The translations under genes and the position numbers were made by a program. Source: an uncultured Candidatus Saccharibacteria bacterium (lineage in GTDB: Bacteria > Patescibacteriota > Minisyncoccia > Phycocordibacterales > UBA1006). Taken from it: 64,000 bases of DNA. Position 1 is the first letter of the stretch. Each line of letters opens with the position of its first letter. Location: NCBI GenBank assembly GCA_964601935.1, contig CAZROP010000001.1:275661-339660 (forward strand), given 5' to 3'. The notes under the pieces are model-generated. The model saw nothing but the letters and a program-made list of their open reading frames with translations. It searched no databases and was not told where the DNA came from. Shown here one piece after another: positions 48,801 to 58,036 of the stretch.

Positions 48801-49918
48801 GAATCCTTGTGTCCCTGTGTCAGTTCAGCAGATTCTGTAATTTGTTGCTTTACTTTATCGATGCGATCTAGTAGTAGTTCATAGTATTCATTATTATCTA
48901 TAGTACGTTGTGCCTCAGTCAGTGCATGTTCGACATCCCACAACGGATCACTCCATTGCTGTTGAAAGGTTTCGTTGAGCTGATCCATGAAGTCATCTAC
49001 AGAAATTTCCTCCGCAGCGTTTTCTAACGATACATTCAGTGCGCCTATCTGTATAATGGGAGGTGTGTCATTGGGTCGATAATGGGCTGATACCAGATCG
49101 CCAATCTCTTTTCGTATTCTCCTTGTATCAGGCGCCAGGTTGATTTTATAAGCAACAATAGTATCCTCAACTACTTTTGTTCTCGATGTGCGAATGAGAT
49201 TATTTAGTTGAGCTTCGTAGAGCTCCCTTGAGGCTTTATTCAAAGCTTGGATATTGTCAGGATGTGGTTGTTCTAGTAGCCATGTCTGAACAGCATGTTC
49301 GAGTCCAGTAATATGTATAGGGTCTATTACTTTTTCTTCGGGTATCTCCTGATAGGTGTGTCTGAATATGTTTAGTGCTTCTCCAGGGTTTTTTGCTGCA
49401 GCAGTATTCTGCGAAAACTCCTGACCCCATAGAGCCTCTCTCTTTTGATGTGATGTGCTGAGACTCTCTAGAATGGGCACTTTCCAATTTCGAATATAGT
49501 CTACGAGGTATTTATATTCAGTGGTGATTAGATAGTGCTCCTTCTCGAGAGGTTCTTTAAAATTTTGTTCTCCTTTTGGGTTTTGAGCAAGCGGACGCTG
49601 ATAGTTTTCATATTTTTTTATTAGTTCCAGTACGCGTGTTGTAACCTCCTGAATCCTATTGGTAATAATATTAAAATCGAATTTTTCTATACATTTCTGT
49701 ATGATGGCTTCCGCGTTTCTCTGTCCCCGTTTCTGGAGGGCTTCTAATTGCGACTGAATATATTTATATTCTAAAATAGAAGGTGGATTTTCTTCAATGC
49801 CTGCTACTGTCTCGGTATTAGTGTCGTTCTGGTCATGGTATGCTGGCTCTACGAAAGAACCTCCATAAGGTATGGGTAGTAAGCTGCCACTTCCTTGTAC
49901 ATCAAAAGTTTCAGACAT
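45875..49918 (-). CDS. very large acidic helical hypothetical protein
   Basis: ~1350-aa ORF antisense to the surrounding cluster; no signal peptide, TM or motif recognised. Confidence 0.85.
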   Translation of the reverse strand: MSETFDVQGSGSLLPIPYGGSFVEPAYHDQNDTNTETVAGIEENPPSILEYKYIQSQLEALQKRGQRNAEAIIQKCIEKFDFNIITNRIQEVTTRVLELIKKYENYQRPLAQNPKGEQNFKEPLEKEHYLITTEYKYLVDYIRNWKVPILESLSTSHQKREALWGQEFSQNTAAAKNPGEALNIFRHTYQEIPEEKVIDPIHITGLEHAVQTWLLEQPHPDNIQALNKASRELYEAQLNNLIRTSRTKVVEDTIVAYKINLAPDTRRIRKEIGDLVSAHYRPNDTPPIIQIGALNVSLENAAEEISVDDFMDQLNETFQQQWSDPLWDVEHALTEAQRTIDNNEYYELLLDRIDKVKQQITESAELTQGHKDSLARTENQKSNQPPYTTVFTRNDGIVRFHSTYDEHCTLTDEERDALEIEIAILLESIDPNEDIVSELEKLREARISEYIKQKRLEILRKKVEVFEDKMRIDEPIDRVQELLTEKSQYEYFTDPSSVPNLKGLNADAVKKKQKSARDKFEKGFNTRKLIFTPEFSAFLSENVEDISRAENHFITLHSELAQTMRNDVLVNDFDHDASVDIQALQKQLRIYHESTLYSPIIEEYRNYIRNTNPNDLKTSHNGEAVKDTWRDAEGNTQSKAVLESAAKREMEKNFEDCWKKGNPLQLHILLEELQRECEEKELTASSAYRLVLTSIEATPVNRSLPEITDNWKAAQRAVFALEVRIKELQKYAKLLPIPNNHEPRITSDRKLVYTEVLDSTLNTERLKALLNDPMAIDEVITLIDGAPSPLGEIASTLQWVQHTLTNPMLATPNYRQVPKTELNTYVGSAGVDAVLTNLKKLLSDEIKKAVPKNTTNDCPLLTLNKQDSDKDLRGFYTLAIAYLEKKRSEYETTFLENYCDIFATPHPADKAYQQNLRDQCGAIYDAMNSCYQEKHANDHEKAERLRTIVNEAYYAANKSTKTKFSIMQKGPDAKAEDDHSVVVAVGNDRVINYGEITRRAIVRFISDTAKQPPFATVFERDNRIPPWIPTDMKSRLSDEDLAQINMVLREDHSRKHPNEITDFELGRVEATQTALERHIASKSVKITEKFTKLENLYRTTYPTLYYQAQICNNTLQDIVHELQVSGYELEANLGDILEIKQTTSPSIEILREKIKVFNLKEISTITIQTLLDKILSASEKFMDFLLPTSAEPRQASGLLVRREKPTYGDLVVQITDVLGEPQAPHYLGNRFLLNPMPDAPFALPAMPQSATSIQQAYNILIDFNPLYTAESDTQRLRVVLLDTIDTQQLRNKTVTELVETDPLNPERLPTIMRVALYRKLISEPLYEKLENSWSALTQKFGNMFRRN

Positions 49919-50000
49919 AGATGGTTCCTGTATAGTAAACCACATTACTGGTTGACATTCATCATGGCGGCATTTGTTTCTGTGGTATACTATTACCTAC

Positions 50001-50669
50001 ATGGCACGCAGTGGATCCTCGCCAGCACAAGATTTCTTGCCCGTAGTTGATATCGACCATGGGGTTGTTGTGCGACGTGATGGTACACTGGTCGGTATAC
50101 TAATGGTTTCCGCAACGAATCTGGCATTGAAATCACCAGATGAACAGCAGGCTACAATGCTAGCATTTCAAAATTTCCTAAATACTATTGAATTTTCTAT
50201 AGAGATTGTCGTTCATTCGCGCAGTTTTGATATACGACCCTATATCCAATCCCTGGAGGAGCGTTTGCAGATAATTCCAGAAGAGCTTTTACGTATTCAA
50301 ACTGCGATGTATATCGAGTATATAAAGGCGATATCAGATACTCAGAATATCATGCAAAAAGAATTTTATGTTGCAGTACCATATTCGGGGACAGGCGCTA
50401 ATGGTGCTAATTCAGGTTCGACTGGTTTAAAGGCCGTGATCGACAGCGCAGCAGGGGTGGCAGGGGCGCAGAGTCGAGAAGAAATGATGGCACGCATTGC
50501 CCAATTAGAGCAACGTATGAACGTGGTGATAAGTGGTCTATCCGCCATAGGGCTGGGTGTAGAGCAATTGACTACAGAGCAACTGGTCGAGTTATTTTAC
50601 GAACTATATAATCCTGGTGATTCCGTAAGCGGCGCTAATTCATTGGTTCAGGAGGCAGGGGTCAGCTAG
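50001..50669 (+). CDS. T4SS-associated protein resembling the VirB4/TraC N-terminal region
   Basis: NLALKSPDEQ...FQNFLN.IEF.IEIVVHSR, FYVAVPY, LVELFYELYNP; upstream of prgI and virB4. Confidence 0.75.
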   Translation: MARSGSSPAQDFLPVVDIDHGVVVRRDGTLVGILMVSATNLALKSPDEQQATMLAFQNFLNTIEFSIEIVVHSRSFDIRPYIQSLEERLQIIPEELLRIQTAMYIEYIKAISDTQNIMQKEFYVAVPYSGTGANGANSGSTGLKAVIDSAAGVAGAQSREEMMARIAQLEQRMNVVISGLSAIGLGVEQLTTEQLVELFYELYNPGDSVSGANSLVQEAGVS

Positions 50670-50670
50670 T

Positions 50671-51066
50671 ATGCGATACGAGGTACCACAGTTTATTGAG
50701 ATAGAGGAGCGCATTGTTGGGCCACTGACGCTGGCACAGTTTTTCTATGTTGCAGGCGGGGCAGGCGGGGCATATGTCGCATTTCGGTTTCTACCTAGTA
50801 TTATTAATATTGTAGTTGCGGTTGCGTTAATAGGTTTTGGCTGTGCGCTGGCATTTGTAAAAATCAACAATAGACCGTTTCCAGTTATGCTGTATGCTAT
50901 GATGACCTACTGGGTCAGTACCAAAATGTACCTGTGGTCGTTCGAGCGTGCGAGCAAGCCAAAATTACGTGAACAGGTAGTAGAAATGAAAAATGAGAAG
51001 AAGAAATTACTCTCCGACCAAAAACTGCGTGACATAGCCTGGAGCTTGGATGTGCGAAATAGATAG
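50671..51066 (+). CDS. prgI: PrgI-family (VirB3-like) protein
   Basis: VPQFIEIEERIVGPLTLAQF, two TMs, KINNRPF. Confidence 0.85.
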   Translation: MRYEVPQFIEIEERIVGPLTLAQFFYVAGGAGGAYVAFRFLPSIINIVVAVALIGFGCALAFVKINNRPFPVMLYAMMTYWVSTKMYLWSFERASKPKLREQVVEMKNEKKKLLSDQKLRDIAWSLDVRNR

Positions 51067-51130
51067 AGAGTTGTTATGTAGGAAAACTCTCTCCAGAATA
51101 TCATTATATTTGATATACTAATTGTGTATT

Positions 51131-53011
51131 ATGGGATTATTTTCTGATTTATTAAGCCTCGTGCGAGGTAAACCATCTGCACCTGGTGTGCCTGAAAAAA
51201 TCACCGCAGAAAATGTGGGTATTTTAGGTACAGGATCTGCTAGCAACGTATCGGTCAGTGAAATAAAATCAAAAGCAACATTCGAGTTACGAGATATTCT
51301 GGCTCCCTACGCTATCAAAATTACCCCTAAAATGCTAATGATGGCTGAAAAGTTTACCAAAACATTTTTTATAGTGACGTATCCGCGTTATCTGAATGCT
51401 GGATGGCTCTCATCTATCATTACAATGGATGCTATTTTGGACATTTCTATCCATGTTCACCCTGTGGAAACGAGCGAGGTACTCAGTCAGTTCAGAAAAA
51501 AGGTGGCAGAGGTAGAATCACGTATTTCAGAACGTGAAGAAAAAGGAGTAGTACGCGATCCTATGCTGGATTCTGCGTACCGAGACTTGGAGCGTTTGCG
51601 TGATCAGTTGCAACAGTCAGAGGAAAAGATATTTAATGTAGGGTTGTATGTAACCATCTACGCCTCCTCAGAAGACGGTCTGTATAAATTAGAATCAGAA
51701 CTGCGCTCCACCTTGGAAGCTCAGATGATTTATATAAAACCAGCCCTTTTTGAACAGGACAAGGGTTTTCATACGACCAGTCCTATTGCAGATGATCAGC
51801 TACTGATCGATGCAAAATTGAATTCGGGTCCAGTGGCGTCCATGTTCCCGTTCATCTCTTCTGAGTTATCAGATAACAAAGGAATCATGTATGGCATCAA
51901 TCGTCATACCAATGGTTTGATATTGTTTGATAGATATTCATTACCAAATTATAACTCGGTAACGTTTGCTACGTCAGGAGCAGGAAAGTCATTTGCAACA
52001 AAGTTAGAAATTCTGCGCACCATGATGTTCGAGACGGATGTTATTGTTATTGACCCCGAGCGTGAATACGAGTATCTGGCGGAAGCAGTAGGCGGACGAT
52101 ACTTTAACATATCACTTTCGAGTGAGCACCATATCAATCCTTTTGACCTGCCTGTGCCTTTGCCTGATGAAGATCCTGCGGATATTCTACGCTCTAATAT
52201 TATTTCGCTCGTAGGCTTGTTCCGAGTACTATTGGGCGGCCTGTCTCCTGAAGAAGATGCAATTATGGATAGAGCAATTAATGAAACGTATTCACTACGC
52301 GACATAACTCCACAATCAGATTTCACAAAAATTGACCCACCGTTGATGAGTGACCTAGAGATGGTGATGGCTTCAATCGAGGGTGCAGATTCACTGTTAA
52401 AGCGTCTGACGAAATACACACAGGGGACCTGGGCAGGATTCATTAATAAGCCCAGTAATGTTGATATCAACAAAAAGCTCGTAGTATTTTCCATACGTGA
52501 TATGGAGGAAGAGTTAAAACCTGCAGCAATGTATATCATTACTCAGTATATATGGAATCAGATACGCAAAAATCTAAAGCGTCGCTTGTTTGTAGTGGAC
52601 GAGGCGTGGGTAATGATGAAGTCTGAAGATACTGCATCGTTCCTGTATGGTATCGCAAAGCGTGGGCGTAAATATTTCCTAGGCCTGGCGACTATTACGC
52701 AGGATGTTGGCGACTTTATGTCTTCGAAGTATGGTATGGCCATTGTTACCAATGCATCGATGCAGCTATTATTGAAGCAATCACCCAGCACTATTGATCT
52801 TCTACAAAAAACATTTAACCTTACTGATGAAGAGAAGTACTTATTGCTTGAGGCTGGAGTAGGAGAGGGTATATTTTTCGCAGGGCGTCGCCATGCTGCA
52901 ATTCGTATTATTGGTTCTGCAACAGAGGCGGAAATTGTTAATTCAAGTCCCGAAACAATATTAGCAAGGTCGCAACAGGCACGGGACGCTTTGAATGCTG
53001 AAATGGCATAA
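51131..53011 (+). CDS. virB4: VirB4/ConE-family T4SS ATPase
   Basis: YGIN, ATSGAGKSF Walker A, IDPEREY, INPFD, VDEAW Walker B, RGRKY, ITQ. Confidence 0.92.
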   Translation: MGLFSDLLSLVRGKPSAPGVPEKITAENVGILGTGSASNVSVSEIKSKATFELRDILAPYAIKITPKMLMMAEKFTKTFFIVTYPRYLNAGWLSSIITMDAILDISIHVHPVETSEVLSQFRKKVAEVESRISEREEKGVVRDPMLDSAYRDLERLRDQLQQSEEKIFNVGLYVTIYASSEDGLYKLESELRSTLEAQMIYIKPALFEQDKGFHTTSPIADDQLLIDAKLNSGPVASMFPFISSELSDNKGIMYGINRHTNGLILFDRYSLPNYNSVTFATSGAGKSFATKLEILRTMMFETDVIVIDPEREYEYLAEAVGGRYFNISLSSEHHINPFDLPVPLPDEDPADILRSNIISLVGLFRVLLGGLSPEEDAIMDRAINETYSLRDITPQSDFTKIDPPLMSDLEMVMASIEGADSLLKRLTKYTQGTWAGFINKPSNVDINKKLVVFSIRDMEEELKPAAMYIITQYIWNQIRKNLKRRLFVVDEAWVMMKSEDTASFLYGIAKRGRKYFLGLATITQDVGDFMSSKYGMAIVTNASMQLLLKQSPSTIDLLQKTFNLTDEEKYLLLEAGVGEGIFFAGRRHAAIRIIGSATEAEIVNSSPETILARSQQARDALNAEMA

Positions 53012-53015
53012 GGAT

Positions 53016-53966
53016 ATGCGATATCTCTCAATACTTGTACTATGCTTAGTTACATTCTGCGGATTCATTCCTGTAGTATTCGCACAGTCGTTTGCCCAAG
53101 TGGATCTGGTAGTGTATCCGAAGTTCCCTAAAATAGGGGACAAGGTTACAGTAACTGCAGAAAGTTCTGATGTTAATTTAGAGTTCCAGCAAATATCGTG
53201 GTACATAAATGGAGAAAAAGTCACCTCTGGCACAGGACAAGCGAGCACAGTCTTTCTGGTCAAGCCTGACCCTAAAACATACACTGTGCAAGCAATTATT
53301 GGTGATATTGCAAACCAGCTAACCAGGCAGGTGGTGATATCGCCTGGAGATGTCATATTATTGTGGGAAGCAGTTGATAGTTACGTGCCGCCCTGGTATC
53401 TGGGCAAGGCATTAATGCCCGCTGAAGGATTAGTGAGAATTACAGCAATTCCAGTAGGTGCTGATACCTTGGATAGATTATTTTTTGTATGGGAACAAGG
53501 GGGGCAGTCATTAGGGTCGCTGTCAGGGTATGCAAAAAATAGTATTATTGTCGGAAATAGTATTCTGATAGAAGATATGAATATATCTGTTACAGTGTCC
53601 TCCGCAAACGGTAACTATCAATCGCAGGGCGAGGTAACCATTCCTCGGTCAGAACCGGATGTACGAATCTGGTCGCCGAACATCGGTGGATCTTCACAGT
53701 ACGAGCAGGGAAACACTCTGAAGCTCTATGGTGCGGACGCAGTAGTACAGCTGTTGCCGTATGGAGTATCTAGCCGCGCAGGATTTCGAGGGTTATCAAT
53801 AGAATGGTTATTAAATCAAATCCCGTATAATCATAATACTAATGAAAGTCAAAGCTCTATCTTTATCTCGCGCAGTTCGACACCAATTACTGCTGATGTT
53901 GTAATACAGAGCGTCAATCACTTGTTGCAAGAGATATCAGTTACAAAAAAGTTACTCTTCGAGTAA
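53016..53966 (+). CDS. secreted Ig-like beta-rich protein
   Basis: Signal peptide, ISWYING, LLWEAVDSYVPPWYLGK. Confidence 0.8.
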   Translation: MRYLSILVLCLVTFCGFIPVVFAQSFAQVDLVVYPKFPKIGDKVTVTAESSDVNLEFQQISWYINGEKVTSGTGQASTVFLVKPDPKTYTVQAIIGDIANQLTRQVVISPGDVILLWEAVDSYVPPWYLGKALMPAEGLVRITAIPVGADTLDRLFFVWEQGGQSLGSLSGYAKNSIIVGNSILIEDMNISVTVSSANGNYQSQGEVTIPRSEPDVRIWSPNIGGSSQYEQGNTLKLYGADAVVQLLPYGVSSRAGFRGLSIEWLLNQIPYNHNTNESQSSIFISRSSTPITADVVIQSVNHLLQEISVTKKLLFE

Positions 53967-54036
53967 TGTCGCACTAATGTATTCAAACCTGTGAAGAACC
54001 CTCCTCCCCCTCTCTCCCCAATGATATACTCTACCC

Positions 54037-56106
54037 ATGCGCCTCCTCGTCTTCATCTTCTGCCTCCTGTGTCTTGCGCCCTTCACTCATGCTGATTGCG
54101 AGATAGCCTCAGTATCATTTGCACCCTCACAGGCACATATACGTGAAGGTGTTCCATTTTTCCCTGGAACAGGACAGTCAGGAGTACAGCGACACCTCAT
54201 CATAAAAACAAACAACGATCCTGCCTGTAGCAATACATCTGTATACCCTGTAGTATTCAGCAGTCATGCTCGAGACAGAGCATCTACTGATCCTGACATA
54301 CCTCTCGATAACATAAACGGTACCAAAGAATTCAGAATACTTCCACTTGGGAATATCGCAGGACAGACTGAATATGGACTTTCCATAACCCTCCAAACAG
54401 CAGAAGAAAAATGCTATGGACATGGGTATGATGATCTCAAGAAACTTGTCAAAGAATCAATCGCCAATGGCACCGGACGCCAATCAGACTATGACTACCT
54501 CAAAAGTGATCCCAAGAATGCACCTCTCTACGGATTCCTCTTTGATGATCCAGCTTCTATTACCACTACTACTATCCCCGACACCACAACATCGGTAGAA
54601 GGTTACGTCGTATCAGAATACACAGCCTGGACGGCAAAACAGATCATTTACAAAAAGTTCAATAAAGCAGACTGTGGATACTACGCCCGAGCTAAACTCG
54701 GGACGGCATTCACACCAGCTGAACTCAACGAGCGCTCTATCGCACAACAACAGAGCGCTGACTATACTACAGGCAACTCTGTATTCTACATGTGCAGCGT
54801 CAGTGACTACCAGTATGACTTAGACAGAGAAGACCAAGAAGTATCAGACGCTATTTCATGGAGCTTGTTTCTCCCCAAGCAAGGCGTATGGGGTAGTATC
54901 AAGGGCATCTTTACTGGAGGTAACCTCCGTCTTCTCATAGAAGACATCATAGACACCGGAACGGCACGTATCAGTAGGCAAACCCTTGAAAACAACTTCT
55001 GTGAAGATAATCTGCATAAATGGGAAGTACGCAATGCCACCGCAAACTTTAATCCAGGATCTGCTGACAACAATGACCCCTGTGTAGATGGCGATCAGGT
55101 GATACCAGGATGTTATGAGCTTCTGGCTCCCATACCGACCCTGGGACGTACGGTAAACTTTGATGGTAGTACTACAGAACAACCCTTTGCTCTCGAACAG
55201 TTTTTTCTCAGTATGATCAACATACTCATCGGAGCAGTCTCTATCATGGCTGTAGGAGCCCTGATCTATCTCGGGTTCATGTATATGAATGCAAGGAGTT
55301 TTGGCAATATACCTAACCTCAAGAAGTACAAAACCAGATTCATCCAAGTGTTCTACGGTATTGGTATTATTCTTTCATCCTACATCATACTGAATACGAT
55401 TAATCCAGAGTTGTTGAGGTTGGTGCCAGCACTGGAAGAGGTTGAATTTGAAGGTGATCCGGATGCTGCACCAGGTGCCGTACTGTCGGGCGGGACAGCG
55501 GCAGTGGGGCGATTTAAATTGCCGAGTATCAGCACGTCGCTCGGTATTATTTGTCCAGGAAATGGAGGTGTGAATAATATCTATACAATTGCTAATTCCT
55601 TTAAGGGCAAAGCAACCTATCGCTATGGAGCAAAAGGAATGCCACCCGAGACGAAACCTTATCCTGACTACAAAGTATGTGATGGTAAACGCTGTGGCAC
55701 ATTCTGCCCCGATGGGACAATTTGTACCGACTGTTCTGGATTTGTTAATCATGTATTACAGTGTGCGGGTATGAAAACCATACCTGGATATCAAAATAGC
55801 ACGGCGGCCTTTTCTGGTCCTAATGGTGTTGGGGTTAATAGTAATGCTATACAAATTAAATCCCTATCAAGCGATGGAACTAATGTAGTTATTAATGGTA
55901 CTATCACACTCATACCGGGAGACATATTGGGAAAGGGCGGTAAGCATGTTATTGTGTATATAGGGAAGGGGAAAATCGCACATTCAACAGCAGGAAAAGA
56001 TGGCAGGAAAAAAAACAACAATATCCAAATAGAAGATTTGACAGAACGTTTTTGGAAGAAAAACTCAGGATGGTTACAGTATATGCGCAAGGCTAGTACG
56101 CTATAA
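54037..56106 (+). CDS. secreted protein with pilin-like TM hairpin and C-terminal NlpC/P60 peptidase domain
   Basis: Signal peptide; G..YM...K...I....G..I...SY.ILNTINP hairpin; YRYG...DCSGFV...PGDIL...HVIVY...H. Confidence 0.8.
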   Translation: MRLLVFIFCLLCLAPFTHADCEIASVSFAPSQAHIREGVPFFPGTGQSGVQRHLIIKTNNDPACSNTSVYPVVFSSHARDRASTDPDIPLDNINGTKEFRILPLGNIAGQTEYGLSITLQTAEEKCYGHGYDDLKKLVKESIANGTGRQSDYDYLKSDPKNAPLYGFLFDDPASITTTTIPDTTTSVEGYVVSEYTAWTAKQIIYKKFNKADCGYYARAKLGTAFTPAELNERSIAQQQSADYTTGNSVFYMCSVSDYQYDLDREDQEVSDAISWSLFLPKQGVWGSIKGIFTGGNLRLLIEDIIDTGTARISRQTLENNFCEDNLHKWEVRNATANFNPGSADNNDPCVDGDQVIPGCYELLAPIPTLGRTVNFDGSTTEQPFALEQFFLSMINILIGAVSIMAVGALIYLGFMYMNARSFGNIPNLKKYKTRFIQVFYGIGIILSSYIILNTINPELLRLVPALEEVEFEGDPDAAPGAVLSGGTAAVGRFKLPSISTSLGIICPGNGGVNNIYTIANSFKGKATYRYGAKGMPPETKPYPDYKVCDGKRCGTFCPDGTICTDCSGFVNHVLQCAGMKTIPGYQNSTAAFSGPNGVGVNSNAIQIKSLSSDGTNVVINGTITLIPGDILGKGGKHVIVYIGKGKIAHSTAGKDGRKKNNNIQIEDLTERFWKKNSGWLQYMRKASTL

Positions 56107-56117
56107 TAAGATAGTAT

Positions 56118-57731
56118 ATGAACACCCGTTTAATTGGAAAAGTAATGATAGGTATTGGAATCGCTCTCTTTCTTGCATATGTTGGCTGGATTGTTTTCCG
56201 TGTGATCAAGCAGCCAGAACAGGTTGCGCAGAGCGGTTTGCTGCCTAACCCGTTTGATATTGTATTACCGGGTCGTCGACCTACTACAGATGATGTTGTT
56301 ATATCTACAACAGACACATTGGGAGATGGCGTGACCGTGATCGAAACACCGCTGGAGCCTGAAAAAAGATTATTTCGTATATCCAAAGAGCCGTCTCTCG
56401 GATTTACTCTTTTCGATACAGAGCAAAAAGCTACAGGAGTTAATCCGTTAACAGGTGTTGCAGAAGACTCGGTAAACACTGTTACAACAGTACGCTATAT
56501 AACTCGAGATGAAGGGTTTATAAATGACGTAGCAATACAAAAATCAGAGATAGTAGAAAAGCGTTTGTCGAGCGCATTTTTGTCAGGTCTCTACCGAGCG
56601 TCGGTAGGAAGATACGCAGTTGTCGGTCAGTATCGTGCTGGTAACGATTTATCGTCGACAGCATATTCAATAGTATTAGAGCAGCCACCGACAAATACGA
56701 AAACTCCTATCCAGAAGTCCGTGACTCCTTTGGCAGAATGCCGTTATGTTTTGAATAGTGTTCAATTAGGTCAATCAGGGCGCGATGTAGAATCGGTTCA
56801 GCAGGTATTGATCGCTGCCGGCAATAACGCAGCGTTTCAGTTGGGCGTATTTGACGAAATTATGAAGTCAGCAGTGATTGCATATCAGAAAGCAAAAAAT
56901 GTGCAGCCTGCATCTGGCCTAGTGGGATTTAAGACAGTAGCACAACTACAAAAGGACTGCGCCGCATTACTACCTAAAGAGTCTACAAACATACTCTCGC
57001 AAGAGCAAGCAAACCAGGATCAAGCAAAGGTTGTTGTACTCCCGCAAGGGGTATACAGCGTAACTATGTTGGACAACAGGTATGCGTTCCTCCTGCTAAA
57101 TTCTGGTGGGCGTAACCGGGGAGTAGTTCGTGATATTGTAACCGGCACTGATAACGAGGTATATAGCTTGGGCTTTATTGATTGGTCGGTGGCGCTATTC
57201 GGATCTACAGATGCCTTACTGACAACGCGTGCATCAGGTACAGTGGGAGGGTATGCATTTCGAGCTTCTTTTTCTAACAAGTCTCTGGTGCCTGTACTGC
57301 AGAATATTACCGGTTTGGCGACCTTACCTAGTCACGACGGACGTTTTATCGCATATTCTTCGACAGAAGGAGGTTCGCCCATAGTATCATTATATGAACT
57401 AGCAACTGGTACAACAAAGACAACAACTCTCGAAACATTTGCAGAAAAGTGTACATGGGTGCCTGATTCCAGTCGTATCTACTGTTTTGTACCGTCGCAG
57501 CTACCTGATTCATATACGTATCCCGACGAATGGTACAAACGAGGAGTAGACATTGCTGATAGTTTATTTGTATACGATATTGCAGCTGGTTCTATGCAGA
57601 CTCTAGACCCAGAGTCAGAAATCTTGCCAATTAACGTGGATGTTATAGAGGTGCGTATGAATCAGCGTAATGACTTAATAGTATTTAGAGACTGGAAGAC
57701 TGGTCATCTCTGGGGCTATCGTTTGGATTAA
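56118..57731 (+). CDS. membrane-anchored protein with peptidoglycan-binding domain and beta-propeller-like C-terminus
   Basis: N-terminal TM; LGQSGRDVESVQQVL...G.FD.....AV.AYQ.......G.VG..T motif; KCTW...YC.VP...PDEWY. Confidence 0.8.
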   Translation: MNTRLIGKVMIGIGIALFLAYVGWIVFRVIKQPEQVAQSGLLPNPFDIVLPGRRPTTDDVVISTTDTLGDGVTVIETPLEPEKRLFRISKEPSLGFTLFDTEQKATGVNPLTGVAEDSVNTVTTVRYITRDEGFINDVAIQKSEIVEKRLSSAFLSGLYRASVGRYAVVGQYRAGNDLSSTAYSIVLEQPPTNTKTPIQKSVTPLAECRYVLNSVQLGQSGRDVESVQQVLIAAGNNAAFQLGVFDEIMKSAVIAYQKAKNVQPASGLVGFKTVAQLQKDCAALLPKESTNILSQEQANQDQAKVVVLPQGVYSVTMLDNRYAFLLLNSGGRNRGVVRDIVTGTDNEVYSLGFIDWSVALFGSTDALLTTRASGTVGGYAFRASFSNKSLVPVLQNITGLATLPSHDGRFIAYSSTEGGSPIVSLYELATGTTKTTTLETFAEKCTWVPDSSRIYCFVPSQLPDSYTYPDEWYKRGVDIADSLFVYDIAAGSMQTLDPESEILPINVDVIEVRMNQRNDLIVFRDWKTGHLWGYRLD

Positions 57732-57777
57732 GAACTATTGCGCCTATTGGTACTCTATGGCATACTAATGCCTACAA

Positions 57778-57980
57778 GCACTGATGAGGACATCACCTCG
57801 GAGCTCGGGAAAGAACACGTTATGCGTCAGTAGAATCCCGCGGTAGCAGCCGTTATGTGTAAAAAGAGCTTTGGATAATACCGTCCAAAGAAAGTAAGGT
57901 GGTACCACGTATGCCTACGAAAGCATTCGTCCTTATAGATTGTTTTTTGCAATCTATTGTGACGAATGCTTTTGTTTTTA
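57778..57980 (+). promoter_or_regulatory. Ile T-box riboswitch, ultrashort Stem I, with intrinsic terminator
   Basis: gagg-acATCa-cctc specifier loop (AUC at 57792-57794); Stem II agaac/cagta; gccgtta; T-box aaggtggtaccacg 57896-57909; terminator 57920-57980. Confidence 0.9.
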
Positions 57981-58036
57981 TCCAAGCCGCGTTGGGCAAA
58001 AAGTGAATACCTTTTATTAGATAATTTTATTTTTTT

